A DNA stretch of 64,000 nucleotides, taken from NCBI GenBank assembly GCA_964552945.1, contig CAZKIP010000001.1, positions 142,109 through 206,108 on the forward strand, read 5' to 3'. The notes beneath the pieces were generated by a model, which saw only the letters and a program-made list of their open reading frames with translations, searched no databases and had not been told where the DNA came from. Position 1 is the stretch's first letter, and each line of letters opens with the position of its first letter. Below are positions 1 to 8,102 of this stretch, in pieces. This DNA is from an uncultured Methanosarcinales archaeon. GTDB taxonomy: Archaea > Nanobdellota > Nanobdellia > Woesearchaeales > GW2011-AR9. The position numbers and the translations under genes were made by a program.

Positions 1-526
1 GAACAGCTTCATTTTTTAGATAATAAAATCTTGCTCCGGAAGTTTTAGCTGCAGTATCCAAATCAATCAAGTCTAATTCTAGAGCTAATTCAATATGGTC
101 TTTAATAGGAAAATCGAATTTAGGAATTTTTCCTACTTTTTTTAATTCAACATTGTCTTCATCGCTATTTCCTTTTGGAACAGATTTGTGAAGAATGTTT
201 CCTATAAGCTTTAGAGTTTCATTTCTTTTTTCAAGAAGTTTGTCAGCTTTATCTTGCTGCTCTTTAAGGGTATCTATAACTTTACGCATCTCTTTAATTT
301 TTTTCTGAGCTTCTTTCTTCTTCCCAGCCTTCATTAATTTGTTAATTTCTTGAGAAACTAAGTTGCGTTTATGATTCAAAGCTTCTTTTTCTTTCAGTTC
401 TTTCCTCCATTGTTGATCTAACTTTAGAACTTTATCAACATTCTTTGAATCGTTACCTCTTTTTTTCTCTGAAGCTATTACCAAATCTGGATTCTCCCGA
501 ACTAGTCTTATATCTAACATCGTCAT
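1..526 (-). CDS. serS: Seryl-tRNA synthetase, N-terminal part (gene continues past the left edge of the window)
   Basis: Not in the ORF track because it is truncated. Hand translation of the minus strand from ATG 526 (second ATG at 520) gives MTMLDIRLVRENPDLVIASEKKRGND...KLLEKRNETLKLIGNILHKSVP...IKDHIELALELDLIDLDTAAKTSGARFYYLKNEAV. This shows the SerRS start, the coiled-coil tRNA-binding arm and the SG.RFYYLK segment. Confidence 0.85.
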   Translation of the reverse strand, partial: MTMLDIRLVRENPDLVIASEKKRGNDSKNVDKVLKLDQQWRKELKEKEALNHKRNLVSQEINKLMKAGKKKEAQKKIKEMRKVIDTLKEQQDKADKLLEKRNETLKLIGNILHKSVPKGNSDEDNVELKKVGKIPKFDFPIKDHIELALELDLIDLDTAAKTSGARFYYLKNEAV

Positions 527-558
527 AAGAACATATTTATTTATATATAAACTTTCTC

Positions 559-583
559 CTTAAGCTGTATAAATACTTAAGCT
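559..583. promoter_or_regulatory. TATA-like box (GTATAAATA, 567-575) flanked by two direct copies of CTTAAGCT in the serS / membrane-protein divergent spacer
   Basis: CTTAAGCT at 559-566 and 576-583, read directly. It sits between divergent genes. Confidence 0.3.
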
Positions 584-634
584 CACAAAAGAAAAAGTAT
601 ATAAAGCAAAAAAGAATGATTAGATAAAAGAGGA

Positions 635-2212
635 ATGATGAAAAAAACAGCCCTACTCGGAGTAATCCTAGTTATTTTTCTAACTTTAGTTCCATTAATT
701 ACTGCAGATACAGATACAAAATACATTTGTAAGACCGATATCCAATGTGATTTTCTAAATAGTGTAAAGACTCCAAATAACGTTTATTATTGTAATCTTA
801 CGACCGGAAAATGTGCTCTTAAAACTGCCAAAACAGATACAACTCCTAAAGCAACAACCAATACAACTACAACAACCACTCCTGCTCCTAAACCAGTAGT
901 AGTTGTCAGTCAAGACACTTCTACTTTAAAAAAAGATATTACTTCTGTAAAAGGTAGTGTAACCTCTCTCCAATCAGACATTCAAAAAGCCAAGACAGAT
1001 TTAAGTTTTATAAAAAATAATATTCAAAACATTGATTTACAAGTAAATTCCCTCCAAAAACAATTGGATGGTGTTAAGGGAGATGTTGATAAAAAATTAA
1101 ACACCGTTTCTACAGGTTTGGCGGGTTTACAACAAAATGTTGATTCTGCAAAAAGCGATTTAGATGATCTTGAAAAAAGTGTAGATAAACAAGGCGGAAT
1201 GACTACTTTTATTTTTGTGTTAATAATCTTAGGAGTTATTGGAGCAATCGTTTTCTTCGTTATGAGAAAAAGAAAAGGAGCCCATGGTCAACTTTCCGAT
1301 TATATAACTCACCATACCAAGCAAGGTAAAAAACTTCATGAAATAAGAGGAGATTTGAAAAATGCTGGATGGAGTCATGGAGAGATAAATTCTGCTTACA
1401 GACAAACATCAAAAAGAAATTATCAACAATACCTACAAAACAAAACACCTCAAACAAGAGCAAGAGGAGCTCAAATGGCAAGAGCCTCAGCTCAAGCAGC
1501 AATGGCTAAACCAGCAAATGCTCCAGATTCTAAAAGTAAACAAAAAGTTTTCGCTATAGTTGCTGTGAGTTTAGTTTTAGTTATTGGTGCCCTTCTTTTA
1601 GTTAAAGGAACGGTAGGTCAAGCAATTAATCTTGGTCAATCGGTTGTTGAAGAAACTAGAGAATTAACATACGACATAGAATGTACTGGTAACCACACTA
1701 AATCTGCCGAAGGGATTTGTTGTTTAGATTTAAATCAAAATGATAAATGTGACGATTTAGAAGCCTACGAAAAGAAACAAAATGAAACAAAATCCGATGC
1801 TTCTACATGTACAGACCATCTTGAATGTACCACTGGTAAAAAATGTATTAACAATAAGTGTCAAGTTTTAGCTGATTTGTATAAAAAAGAAGGTGTGTGT
1901 GGAAAACAATGTAATTTTTATTCTGTAGAAATTTCTACAAGTGATAAAGAAACTTATTTCAGAAAACCTAATCAAGGAAGTTATACTGGTGCTGGATCAA
2001 TGGCTTGGACGGTTCTTTCTGTACCAACATATTGTCAAGGGAAAACCCTCATCCCTATAGAAGTTGAAGATTTCAAAAATAGTAAATTAATTAGAAAGAG
2101 AATTTATGCTCTAAAAAAGTTTGAAGAAAGTGAAAAAATAATCCATCAAGATTTTAGTAATGTTAATTTAAAACTTAAAATAGAAAACACTTTTGAGCAA
2201 TGTGAAGAATGA
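635..2212 (+). CDS. Cys-rich membrane protein, function unknown. Signal peptide, 4-Cys module, Thr-rich linker, coiled coil, two TM helices, C-terminal ectodomain with more than 14 Cys.
   Basis: ORF track. N-terminal hydrophobic leader, TTNTTTTTTPAPKP linker, heptad-like SLQSDIQKAKTDLSFIKNN region, TM helices FIFVLIILGVIGAIVFFVM and VFAIVAVSLVLVIGALLLV, and many C..C pairs after residue 340. Confidence 0.6.
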   Translation: MMKKTALLGVILVIFLTLVPLITADTDTKYICKTDIQCDFLNSVKTPNNVYYCNLTTGKCALKTAKTDTTPKATTNTTTTTTPAPKPVVVVSQDTSTLKKDITSVKGSVTSLQSDIQKAKTDLSFIKNNIQNIDLQVNSLQKQLDGVKGDVDKKLNTVSTGLAGLQQNVDSAKSDLDDLEKSVDKQGGMTTFIFVLIILGVIGAIVFFVMRKRKGAHGQLSDYITHHTKQGKKLHEIRGDLKNAGWSHGEINSAYRQTSKRNYQQYLQNKTPQTRARGAQMARASAQAAMAKPANAPDSKSKQKVFAIVAVSLVLVIGALLLVKGTVGQAINLGQSVVEETRELTYDIECTGNHTKSAEGICCLDLNQNDKCDDLEAYEKKQNETKSDASTCTDHLECTTGKKCINNKCQVLADLYKKEGVCGKQCNFYSVEISTSDKETYFRKPNQGSYTGAGSMAWTVLSVPTYCQGKTLIPIEVEDFKNSKLIRKRIYALKKFEESEKIIHQDFSNVNLKLKIENTFEQCEE

Positions 2213-2682
2213 GTTATGTTAGAATTAAAAAAATAAGTGGAAATCCTTACGCCTATCTTGTTGAAAATAAAAATACAGATAAGGGACCAAGGCAAAGAGT
2301 AAAGAAGTATTTGGGAAGAATCCATGTTCTAGAGCCACACGATTTAGAAAGGAAAGAAGTTAATGAATCTAAGAAGAATAAGTTTGTTGAACAATTAGTT
2401 TTAAGAGAATTGATTCCCAGAAAATTCAAATTGAAAAAAGAGAAATATTCTTTCGGTAAGATGGTGTTTTCTCCAAAAAAATGGTCTCTAAATCTGGGGA
2501 AAAAGTCAATTGTTCTTTCTATTAATGATGGTTATCTTTGTGATTTTACTATTAAACGAATTCTTGATTTTAAAAAAACAAAGGATTTGAAAAAAGATGC
2601 TTTTACTTTAGCTAGATATTTCTTACAAGCAGGATTGCCTTTATCAGAACAAGAGTTTATTGAATTCTATCAAAGCATCTAG
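2209..2682 (+). CDS. Small basic protein of unknown function with N-terminal YAYLVEN..GPRQRVKKYLGR motif
   Basis: ORF track. ATGA overlap with the upstream gene implies co-translation. The N-terminal motif resembles the beta-hairpin DNA-binding N-termini of some transposases and integrases, but no catalytic domain is present. Confidence 0.5.
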   Translation: MSYVRIKKISGNPYAYLVENKNTDKGPRQRVKKYLGRIHVLEPHDLERKEVNESKKNKFVEQLVLRELIPRKFKLKKEKYSFGKMVFSPKKWSLNLGKKSIVLSINDGYLCDFTIKRILDFKKTKDLKKDAFTLARYFLQAGLPLSEQEFIEFYQSI

Positions 2683-2703
2683 TTTTTTAATTCTTAAAGA
2701 AAA

Positions 2704-2764
2704 ATAATGCGGGGCTCCGAAGAGGGGGTGAGGGTGGTAGAATGCTCGAAGCCCGCATCATTAT
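2704..2764. other. GC-rich long imperfect hairpin; candidate structured RNA or bidirectional terminator
   Basis: ATAATGCGGGGCTCCGA ... TCGAAGCCCGCAT(CA)TTAT gives about 13-17 bp of pairing with one bulged G and one C-A mismatch. The G-rich loop is AGAGGGGGTGAGGGTGGTAGAATGC. The core is about 60% G+C by hand count, in an AT-rich spacer between convergent genes. Confidence 0.35.
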
Positions 2765-2777
2765 GATTGTAATTAAA

Positions 2778-2795
2778 GGGAGCCAGATAGCTCCC
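2778..2795. other. Perfect 6-bp GC hairpin GGGAGC-CAGATA-GCTCCC
   Basis: Read directly; lies 14 nt after the first hairpin. Confidence 0.35.
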
Positions 2796-2970
2796 AAACA
2801 TCTATCAAGGAAAGTTACTCTTTTTCCCCATTTTGTTAGAAAAGTAATACAAGTATATAAATGTTACTATTTTGTATACTGGTTCATAAAATAAGTATTT
2901 AGTGTAGAATATAGGTTATAAGAAAATAAAGGTAAAAAGAGGATTATTCGTCGTCTGGGTTTTCTAAAAC

Positions 2971-4878
2971 CTATTTAAAGAAATCTCCTACTAAACTGCC
3001 ATAATCTTTAGTCACAATTAAGCCAACTTTCTCAGGGAAACAATTGAAATAACTTCTCCAAGCAAATCTCTCATCTAAGAAAACAACAATACCTTGGTCC
3101 TTCTCAGACCTAATACATCTTCCCGCACTTTGAATACATTTTGAAAAAGCAGGGTAAGTATAACCATAATCCCACCCTCTGCCAAATTTCTGCTCATAAT
3201 ATTCAATAGTTTTCTTAGTCTTTAAATTAGGCTTCGCTAGAGGCAATCCTACAACCACTACGCCTTTAAGAAGGTCTCCTGGTAAATCTACACCTTCTGC
3301 AAAATTAGCGCCTGTAACACCCAATAAAATGCCTCCATTATCCTTCTCCTTTCTAAACTCATCCAAAAGCTCTTCTTTCTCCTCTTTTGTCATTGAACTT
3401 TTCTCCCAAAATCTCTTCTTTGGAGATTCAATAAAGGGAGAAATTGTATCTCTTAAAAAATAAGAAGGAAAGAAAATTGCAATGTTCCCTGGAACAAGTT
3501 CGCTAACTTCAGAGCAATGGTGAGCTATCCGTCTAAACATCGCCTCTCCCCTAAGAGTAAATTTGGTAGTAGTCTCTGGGATTACCAAAGTAAGCTTATT
3601 TTCAGGAGGGAAAGGAGATAAATATTCTTTTTCTATAACCTCTTTAATCCCAAAAAGATCTTTATACATGAAAGTTGGTTTAAGAGTACCACTCATGACA
3701 ACCCCTGCATGGACTTGAGAGAATACGTCCCTTGTAACAATTCCGGGATCTAAGCAGGAATAATTTAAGCTGATAACTGGCCCATATTTACCCCGATGTT
3801 CGATAATATAGCGAACATACCCCTCGTCCTCGCCTTGCCATGCTTCAAGAAAAGAAGCTATTCCTCCTAGGTAACTTCTTCTTTGTTTTTTCCTTATTTC
3901 ATCCGCTGCCAATTCAAACTCGTTAATAAGCTGTTCATAATCACAAATATTGGCCATTTTACTCAAAAATAGCTCTTTATCAACCAACTTTTCTTTGTTT
4001 CTATCATCCTCTGCAAAATCGCCCAATGAAGTTAGAACTTGCATGATTTCTTGTAACCAAACTATAGCCCCTTTATACCCATATTTTTTTGCTTCAATAA
4101 GCGCGTTTTTTATCATATTAGAGGTGAGATTATTACTTAGCATATCTGTAACCCTACCCGGCAAATTGTGGCCCTCATCAACTATAACAATAACATCTCC
4201 TAACTCTTTACCCAATTTATTTAGAAGAGTTGCTGCAACAAAAGGATTGAATAAATAATTATAGTCGCCAATTATAACATGTGCCTTTTTAGCAAGGGCT
4301 ACGGCCATCTCATAACTACACATTCTTTTCTCTTTTGAAAAATCAATTAGTTCCTCAGTATGAAGAGGTCCTTGTTTTTTTAGAAATGACAGAAATGCTT
4401 CCGCCTCTACCTGTAATCCTTCTTTTTTTCTGGCTTTGTTATAAAATTCGCACTCCCCTTTCTCAACAATAGCTTTACAATAATCATTAAACTCAGAACC
4501 AAAAACTGAAGAAATTTCCTGATTACACATCCATCTTTTACCAATTAAATCAGCACAATAAAATGGTTCAGATAGTTTCTTTTTAATTTCTTTCAACGTT
4601 TGGACAGCTATTTTATGTTGAGTATGCCTATTAGTTAAGAAAAAAACAATTTTCTTTTTCTCAATGGCTTCTTTCAAAGCAACTGATAAAGTACTAGCCG
4701 TTTTTCCTAATCCAGTAGGAGCATGAGCAAGCAAAACTTTTCCTGTTTTAAGCGCTTCTAAAAAATCTTCAATGAGTTTGTCTTGTCCTTCCCTCACCTC
4801 TGAATGGGGAAAATAATCGTTAATTTCAGAAGTCATTTTTGTTGAAGAACCAGGGTGCTTAAAAAGCTTTATATTCAT
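2971..4878 (-). CDS. xpd: XPD/Rad3-family (DinG-like) SF2 DNA helicase with FeS-cluster Cys set
   Basis: Walker A AHAPTGLGKT, DEGHNL (DEAH-type) box, Cys cluster C..C...C.. (YCADLIGKRWMCNQ, DYCKAIVEKGECEF, RMCSYE), and C-terminal QSAGRCIR motif VI. Confidence 0.85.
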   Translation of the reverse strand: MNIKLFKHPGSSTKMTSEINDYFPHSEVREGQDKLIEDFLEALKTGKVLLAHAPTGLGKTASTLSVALKEAIEKKKIVFFLTNRHTQHKIAVQTLKEIKKKLSEPFYCADLIGKRWMCNQEISSVFGSEFNDYCKAIVEKGECEFYNKARKKEGLQVEAEAFLSFLKKQGPLHTEELIDFSKEKRMCSYEMAVALAKKAHVIIGDYNYLFNPFVAATLLNKLGKELGDVIVIVDEGHNLPGRVTDMLSNNLTSNMIKNALIEAKKYGYKGAIVWLQEIMQVLTSLGDFAEDDRNKEKLVDKELFLSKMANICDYEQLINEFELAADEIRKKQRRSYLGGIASFLEAWQGEDEGYVRYIIEHRGKYGPVISLNYSCLDPGIVTRDVFSQVHAGVVMSGTLKPTFMYKDLFGIKEVIEKEYLSPFPPENKLTLVIPETTTKFTLRGEAMFRRIAHHCSEVSELVPGNIAIFFPSYFLRDTISPFIESPKKRFWEKSSMTKEEKEELLDEFRKEKDNGGILLGVTGANFAEGVDLPGDLLKGVVVVGLPLAKPNLKTKKTIEYYEQKFGRGWDYGYTYPAFSKCIQSAGRCIRSEKDQGIVVFLDERFAWRSYFNCFPEKVGLIVTKDYGSLVGDFFK

Positions 4879-5026
4879 CAGTTGTCATGAAAAAACAGAT
4901 TTTATAGCTAGAAAATGGTGACAAAAACTTTAAATAAAAGGTTGTCCTCAAATATACCTATTGAAGTAAATAAAGGTTTAAATATGACTATTGAGCCATC
5001 TGTTTTAAGAGAGAGCAGGTGGGTGT

Positions 5027-5314
5027 TTGGGGGTGCGAAATTTGATTAAAAAGAAAGTTATTTTTGACGTTTTTTTCCGAGAGAAACCAGCAATGATGTT
5101 GGTTGAGTTAAAGAACGCAAGCTCTGACGTCTACGCTTCAGTTCTAGCAAAACAGATTGATTGTACATATTCACACGTTGTGAAAATATTACAAGAGATG
5201 CAAAAAGCAGAATTGATTAAGTTTAAGAAAGAAGGTAGGTTAAAGTTGTTGGAACTTACACATAAAGGCCAACAAATTGCCTCAAATATTGAAAGTATAA
5301 GAACTATGTTATAG
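5027..5314 (+). CDS. Small winged-helix (ArsR/MarR-like) DNA-binding protein
   Basis: TTG start preceded by AGGTGG. Helix-turn-helix-like YASVLAKQIDCTYSHVVKILQEMQKAELIKFKKEGR. An alternative ATG lies at 5093. Confidence 0.55.
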   Translation: MGVRNLIKKKVIFDVFFREKPAMMLVELKNASSDVYASVLAKQIDCTYSHVVKILQEMQKAELIKFKKEGRLKLLELTHKGQQIASNIESIRTML

Positions 5315-5353
5315 TTCTGGACATTCTCCGTGAATGTATAAGAACTATGTTAT
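5295..5353. repeat. 19-bp direct repeat GTATAAGAACTATGTTATA (5295-5313 and 5335-5353)
   Basis: Read directly. Copy 1 covers the last codons and stop of the wHTH gene and contains the hairpin AGAACTA-TGTTA-TAGTTCT. Confidence 0.8.
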
Positions 5354-5363
5354 AATTCCATGC

Positions 5364-5388
5364 TTTATTTTTTTCTTTTTTTTATTTT
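5364..5388 (+). terminator. Oligo-T tract (archaeal-type terminator) after the wHTH gene
   Basis: CTTTATTTTTTTCTTTTTTTTATTTT immediately downstream of the stop. Confidence 0.4.
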
Positions 5389-5467
5389 AAAAAATAGTAT
5401 TAATTCTCTAATCGATTAAAATTAAAAGAAAACAAAATAAAAAATAAATTAAAAAAAATAAGAAAAT

Positions 5468-5920
5468 TTAATCCAGATACATCTTTAATCTGTTCATGTC
5501 TAGTTTCCAATCTTCAGGTAAACGATTTGTTTTTTTATAATACTTAACTAATCGTAAAACTTTTGAACTAGTCAATTGAATTCCTCTCTTAGAGGTCATA
5601 TCATGATTATTTTTCTCAAAATGTGTTTTAACAAAAATCAACTTTTTGATTAAGTTTAATAGATCTTCAGGTAACTCTTTGGTTAATTTGTTTTCTTCCA
5701 AAATCTTAGTCACACTTTTCTTGGTTAAAACTTTGATATTATTAATACCATAGCTATCTCTAAGAATCATACCTATTTCACTGGTTGTTTTTCCTGCCTT
5801 AGCATATTTAACAACCAATTTTTCAACTTCTTTGCCCTTGTAAGGTGCCCAAGAAGGTACTTGTTTTGCAGGTTTAGAACTTCCGCTCTTCCCCTTATCT
5901 CTTGAATGCATTCGTGCCAT
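5468..5920 (-). CDS. rps15: 30S ribosomal protein S15 (uS15, archaeal S15P/S13e)
   Basis: MARMHSRDKGKSGSSKP... N-terminus and overall archaeal S15P pattern; GAGG Shine-Dalgarno upstream. Confidence 0.9.
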   Translation of the reverse strand: MARMHSRDKGKSGSSKPAKQVPSWAPYKGKEVEKLVVKYAKAGKTTSEIGMILRDSYGINNIKVLTKKSVTKILEENKLTKELPEDLLNLIKKLIFVKTHFEKNNHDMTSKRGIQLTSSKVLRLVKYYKKTNRLPEDWKLDMNRLKMYLD

Positions 5921-6063
5921 ATTATTTCCTCGGGAGAATAAGTCTAACTGCTTTTCTCCAGTATTGGTAAGCCGTGACCGACCAATCTCTCGATTTTCAT
6001 ATAATTTTAGAGTTTGTTTAAAAAGCTATCGGAAGAAAAAGGTTTTTTGTCTAAATATGAGAC

Positions 6064-6933
6064 TTATTTTTTTGTTGCTAATGCAATGATTTCTTGTAGG
6101 CCTTGTGTTTTCTTTTTCCGATGTTCTTCAATGGTTTCAGGAATTTTAAAATACTTGCCCAAAAAATTCTTTACGTGACCCATCTTGCCCCCATGAAGGG
6201 CATATATTAACAAGACCTCTAGGAATTTATGTGAATCATAATAACGGCTTGGTAAAGCTAATAATCCAGGGCGAGCATATGAACCAAGATGATTGTTGCC
6301 ACCAAATGTAGATAAAAAAAATGAAGGAGAATCCTTACGCATCCCAATAAATATTAGGGTATTAAGATAGCTACTACGATCTGTGTTTGTTTGAACACAA
6401 GCCCTTTTTTTGTATGCATGTATTATTAAATCATCTGCATTAATACTAAAATCATCATTTTGAACGGCATTTAGGACATACCTTGCAACCGCGTCCATTG
6501 GTTCAGCTAGAGCATAAAAATCTTCTTTAGTTGCATTAAATTTAGCGAGTGTAAGGGGCGCATCACGTAACGCGATTTGGTAAAGATAATGGTCTGCTTG
6601 CCTTTTAACTGCAGCGTCTGAACTTGCCGCTTCTCTAACCCTGTCAGCTAAACATAATTTAAACAAATCTAAATCTTCATGGCCTTCTATGGGAAGACCA
6701 AAATGACTATAGACGCGTGCAATACTTTCATCAGAACTTGCCGTATATAATTGAGAATCGTCTTCCAATCTAACCAGTAAACCAACCAGTTTTGTAGGGT
6801 CAACAGAACTAATTAACTTTTCGTATTCTGCTTTTTTTTGATCTATTTGTAAATCAGAACCTACAATGGCACCAGAACTATCAAATCTAGCGTACATAAT
6901 GGCTTGTTCTACTACATTTTCTGGCACTGACAT
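6064..6933 (-). CDS. Hypothetical protein (289 aa); no motif recognised
   Basis: Long ORF with no competing frame. No signal peptide or TM helix. Confidence 0.5.
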   Translation of the reverse strand: MSVPENVVEQAIMYARFDSSGAIVGSDLQIDQKKAEYEKLISSVDPTKLVGLLVRLEDDSQLYTASSDESIARVYSHFGLPIEGHEDLDLFKLCLADRVREAASSDAAVKRQADHYLYQIALRDAPLTLAKFNATKEDFYALAEPMDAVARYVLNAVQNDDFSINADDLIIHAYKKRACVQTNTDRSSYLNTLIFIGMRKDSPSFFLSTFGGNNHLGSYARPGLLALPSRYYDSHKFLEVLLIYALHGGKMGHVKNFLGKYFKIPETIEEHRKKKTQGLQEIIALATKK

Positions 6934-7107
6934 AAAGTGTTAAAAACAACGATTCTTTAAAAAAGTTTACAAAAAAGTACAACTAAATAGTGGTCATTAT
7001 TTCTTGGAGTTCCATTCAACTGAAAAAGCAAAAAGTTTATTAATCCAAATGAAAGACTAAGAAAGTAAATAGAAAGTAATTACCAATAAAAAGAGAGATT
7101 GATTATT

Positions 7108-7908
7108 ATGTATCCACAAACACACCATTCAGGCCACCACAATTTGAGGTTCTATATTGTAATGATAACTTTAGTTGTAGGAGGAATTTTCTTTTTGCTA
7201 ACTCTTAACAATAGTGATAGTGAAGGTTTCAGTTTCACTGGCGCATTAATTGGCGATGATCAAGAAATTAATCAAACTGTCGAATTAGAAAATATAAATC
7301 AAGAGATTGATCAGGAATTTGTAAGACCAAAAAGTGAGATTGAAAAAGTCTTCACAAAGGAAATAAAAAATTCTAAGAACGAAGTAGAATTCGATTTATC
7401 AATCGATTCCGTACCTAAAGTTGAAAGTAAAGCTAAAGTAGATTTTCTCCAGCTTAAATTTGACGATTTAACAACCACAATATTAGTGAATAGTGACAAT
7501 CTCGAATTAAACAATTTAGAAGAAGTAGATTTAATTATTGAAGGTTTCAAAGGAGACATGGAGTTTGATGGAACATATTTCTCACTTGATGGTTTAGCTA
7601 AAAGAATAGAAGTTGATAATGTAGCCCTTTCTTCTAAAGGAGATATAAAAATTTCTTTTTCAGGATTGAGATATAATTATTTTGACATTAATGAAATTGA
7701 ACTTAAAGATTTAAAATTCCCAGATAGTACCGGTGATTTGAAAATATCTAACAGGTTAACATATTCTTTACAAAGCGATGATTTAAACACTTATTATTAC
7801 AAAGGTTCATTCACAGTTAATGGAAACACTACAGAACCAGTAGAACTTGAAGGAACTGCTAGAGGAATAAGTATCAGCGGTAATTCTCTTGATGTTAATG
7901 TTAATTAA
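7108..7908 (+). CDS. Membrane-anchored hypothetical protein (N-terminal TM, beta-rich ectodomain)
   Basis: ORF track (TTG at 7099, first ATG at 7108). TM helix FYIVMITLVVGGIFFLLTL. Confidence 0.5.
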   Translation: MYPQTHHSGHHNLRFYIVMITLVVGGIFFLLTLNNSDSEGFSFTGALIGDDQEINQTVELENINQEIDQEFVRPKSEIEKVFTKEIKNSKNEVEFDLSIDSVPKVESKAKVDFLQLKFDDLTTTILVNSDNLELNNLEEVDLIIEGFKGDMEFDGTYFSLDGLAKRIEVDNVALSSKGDIKISFSGLRYNYFDINEIELKDLKFPDSTGDLKISNRLTYSLQSDDLNTYYYKGSFTVNGNTTEPVELEGTARGISISGNSLDVNVN

Positions 7909-7925
7909 AAATAAATTGTAAAATT

Positions 7926-8102
7926 CTAAAGAAGTTTTTTATCAGATAATTCTTTTTTTCTTACAACCCTTCTGTATGAAGCATACTTATCTGTGGGAGA
8001 ATATTTTGGTGGCCTAGGAACCTCAGTTGAAGAAGAACAAGAAGGACATTTCTCTTTTAAGGTATAAATTTTACATGAATTACATTTGTGAATATGTTTC
8101 AT
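7926..8102 (-). CDS. nop10: H/ACA RNP protein Nop10
   Basis: Below the ORF-track size cutoff. Hand translation: MKHIHKCNSCKIYTLKEKCPSCSSSTEVPRPPKYSPTDKYASYRRVVRKKELSDKKLL. It has the C..C..YTL...CP.C zinc ribbon plus P.K(Y/F)SP.DKY..YRR. The start overlaps the aIF2alpha stop (TAATG). Confidence 0.85.
   Translation of the reverse strand: MKHIHKCNSCKIYTLKEKCPSCSSSTEVPRPPKYSPTDKYASYRRVVRKKELSDKKLL

Noticed and set aside
2209-2682. Transposase or integrase fragment, suggested by the N-terminal Y.YLVE...G..RQ...KYLGR motif.
   Set aside because: It is only 157 aa with no catalytic (DDE or Tyr-recombinase) region and no flanking inverted repeats. It is translationally coupled to a cellular-looking membrane protein gene.
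2709-2764. Whether the GC-rich hairpin is a tRNA or tRNA half (the GGTGGTAGAATGCTCG stretch resembles a tRNA D-arm), an H/ACA guide, or a 19-codon ORF (MRGSEEGVRVVECSKPASL).
   Set aside because: No cloverleaf can be drawn: there is no T-loop and the arm lengths are wrong. There is no pseudouridylation pocket or ACA box at the right spacing. The mini-ORF has no Shine-Dalgarno. It is kept only as a generic structured-RNA candidate.
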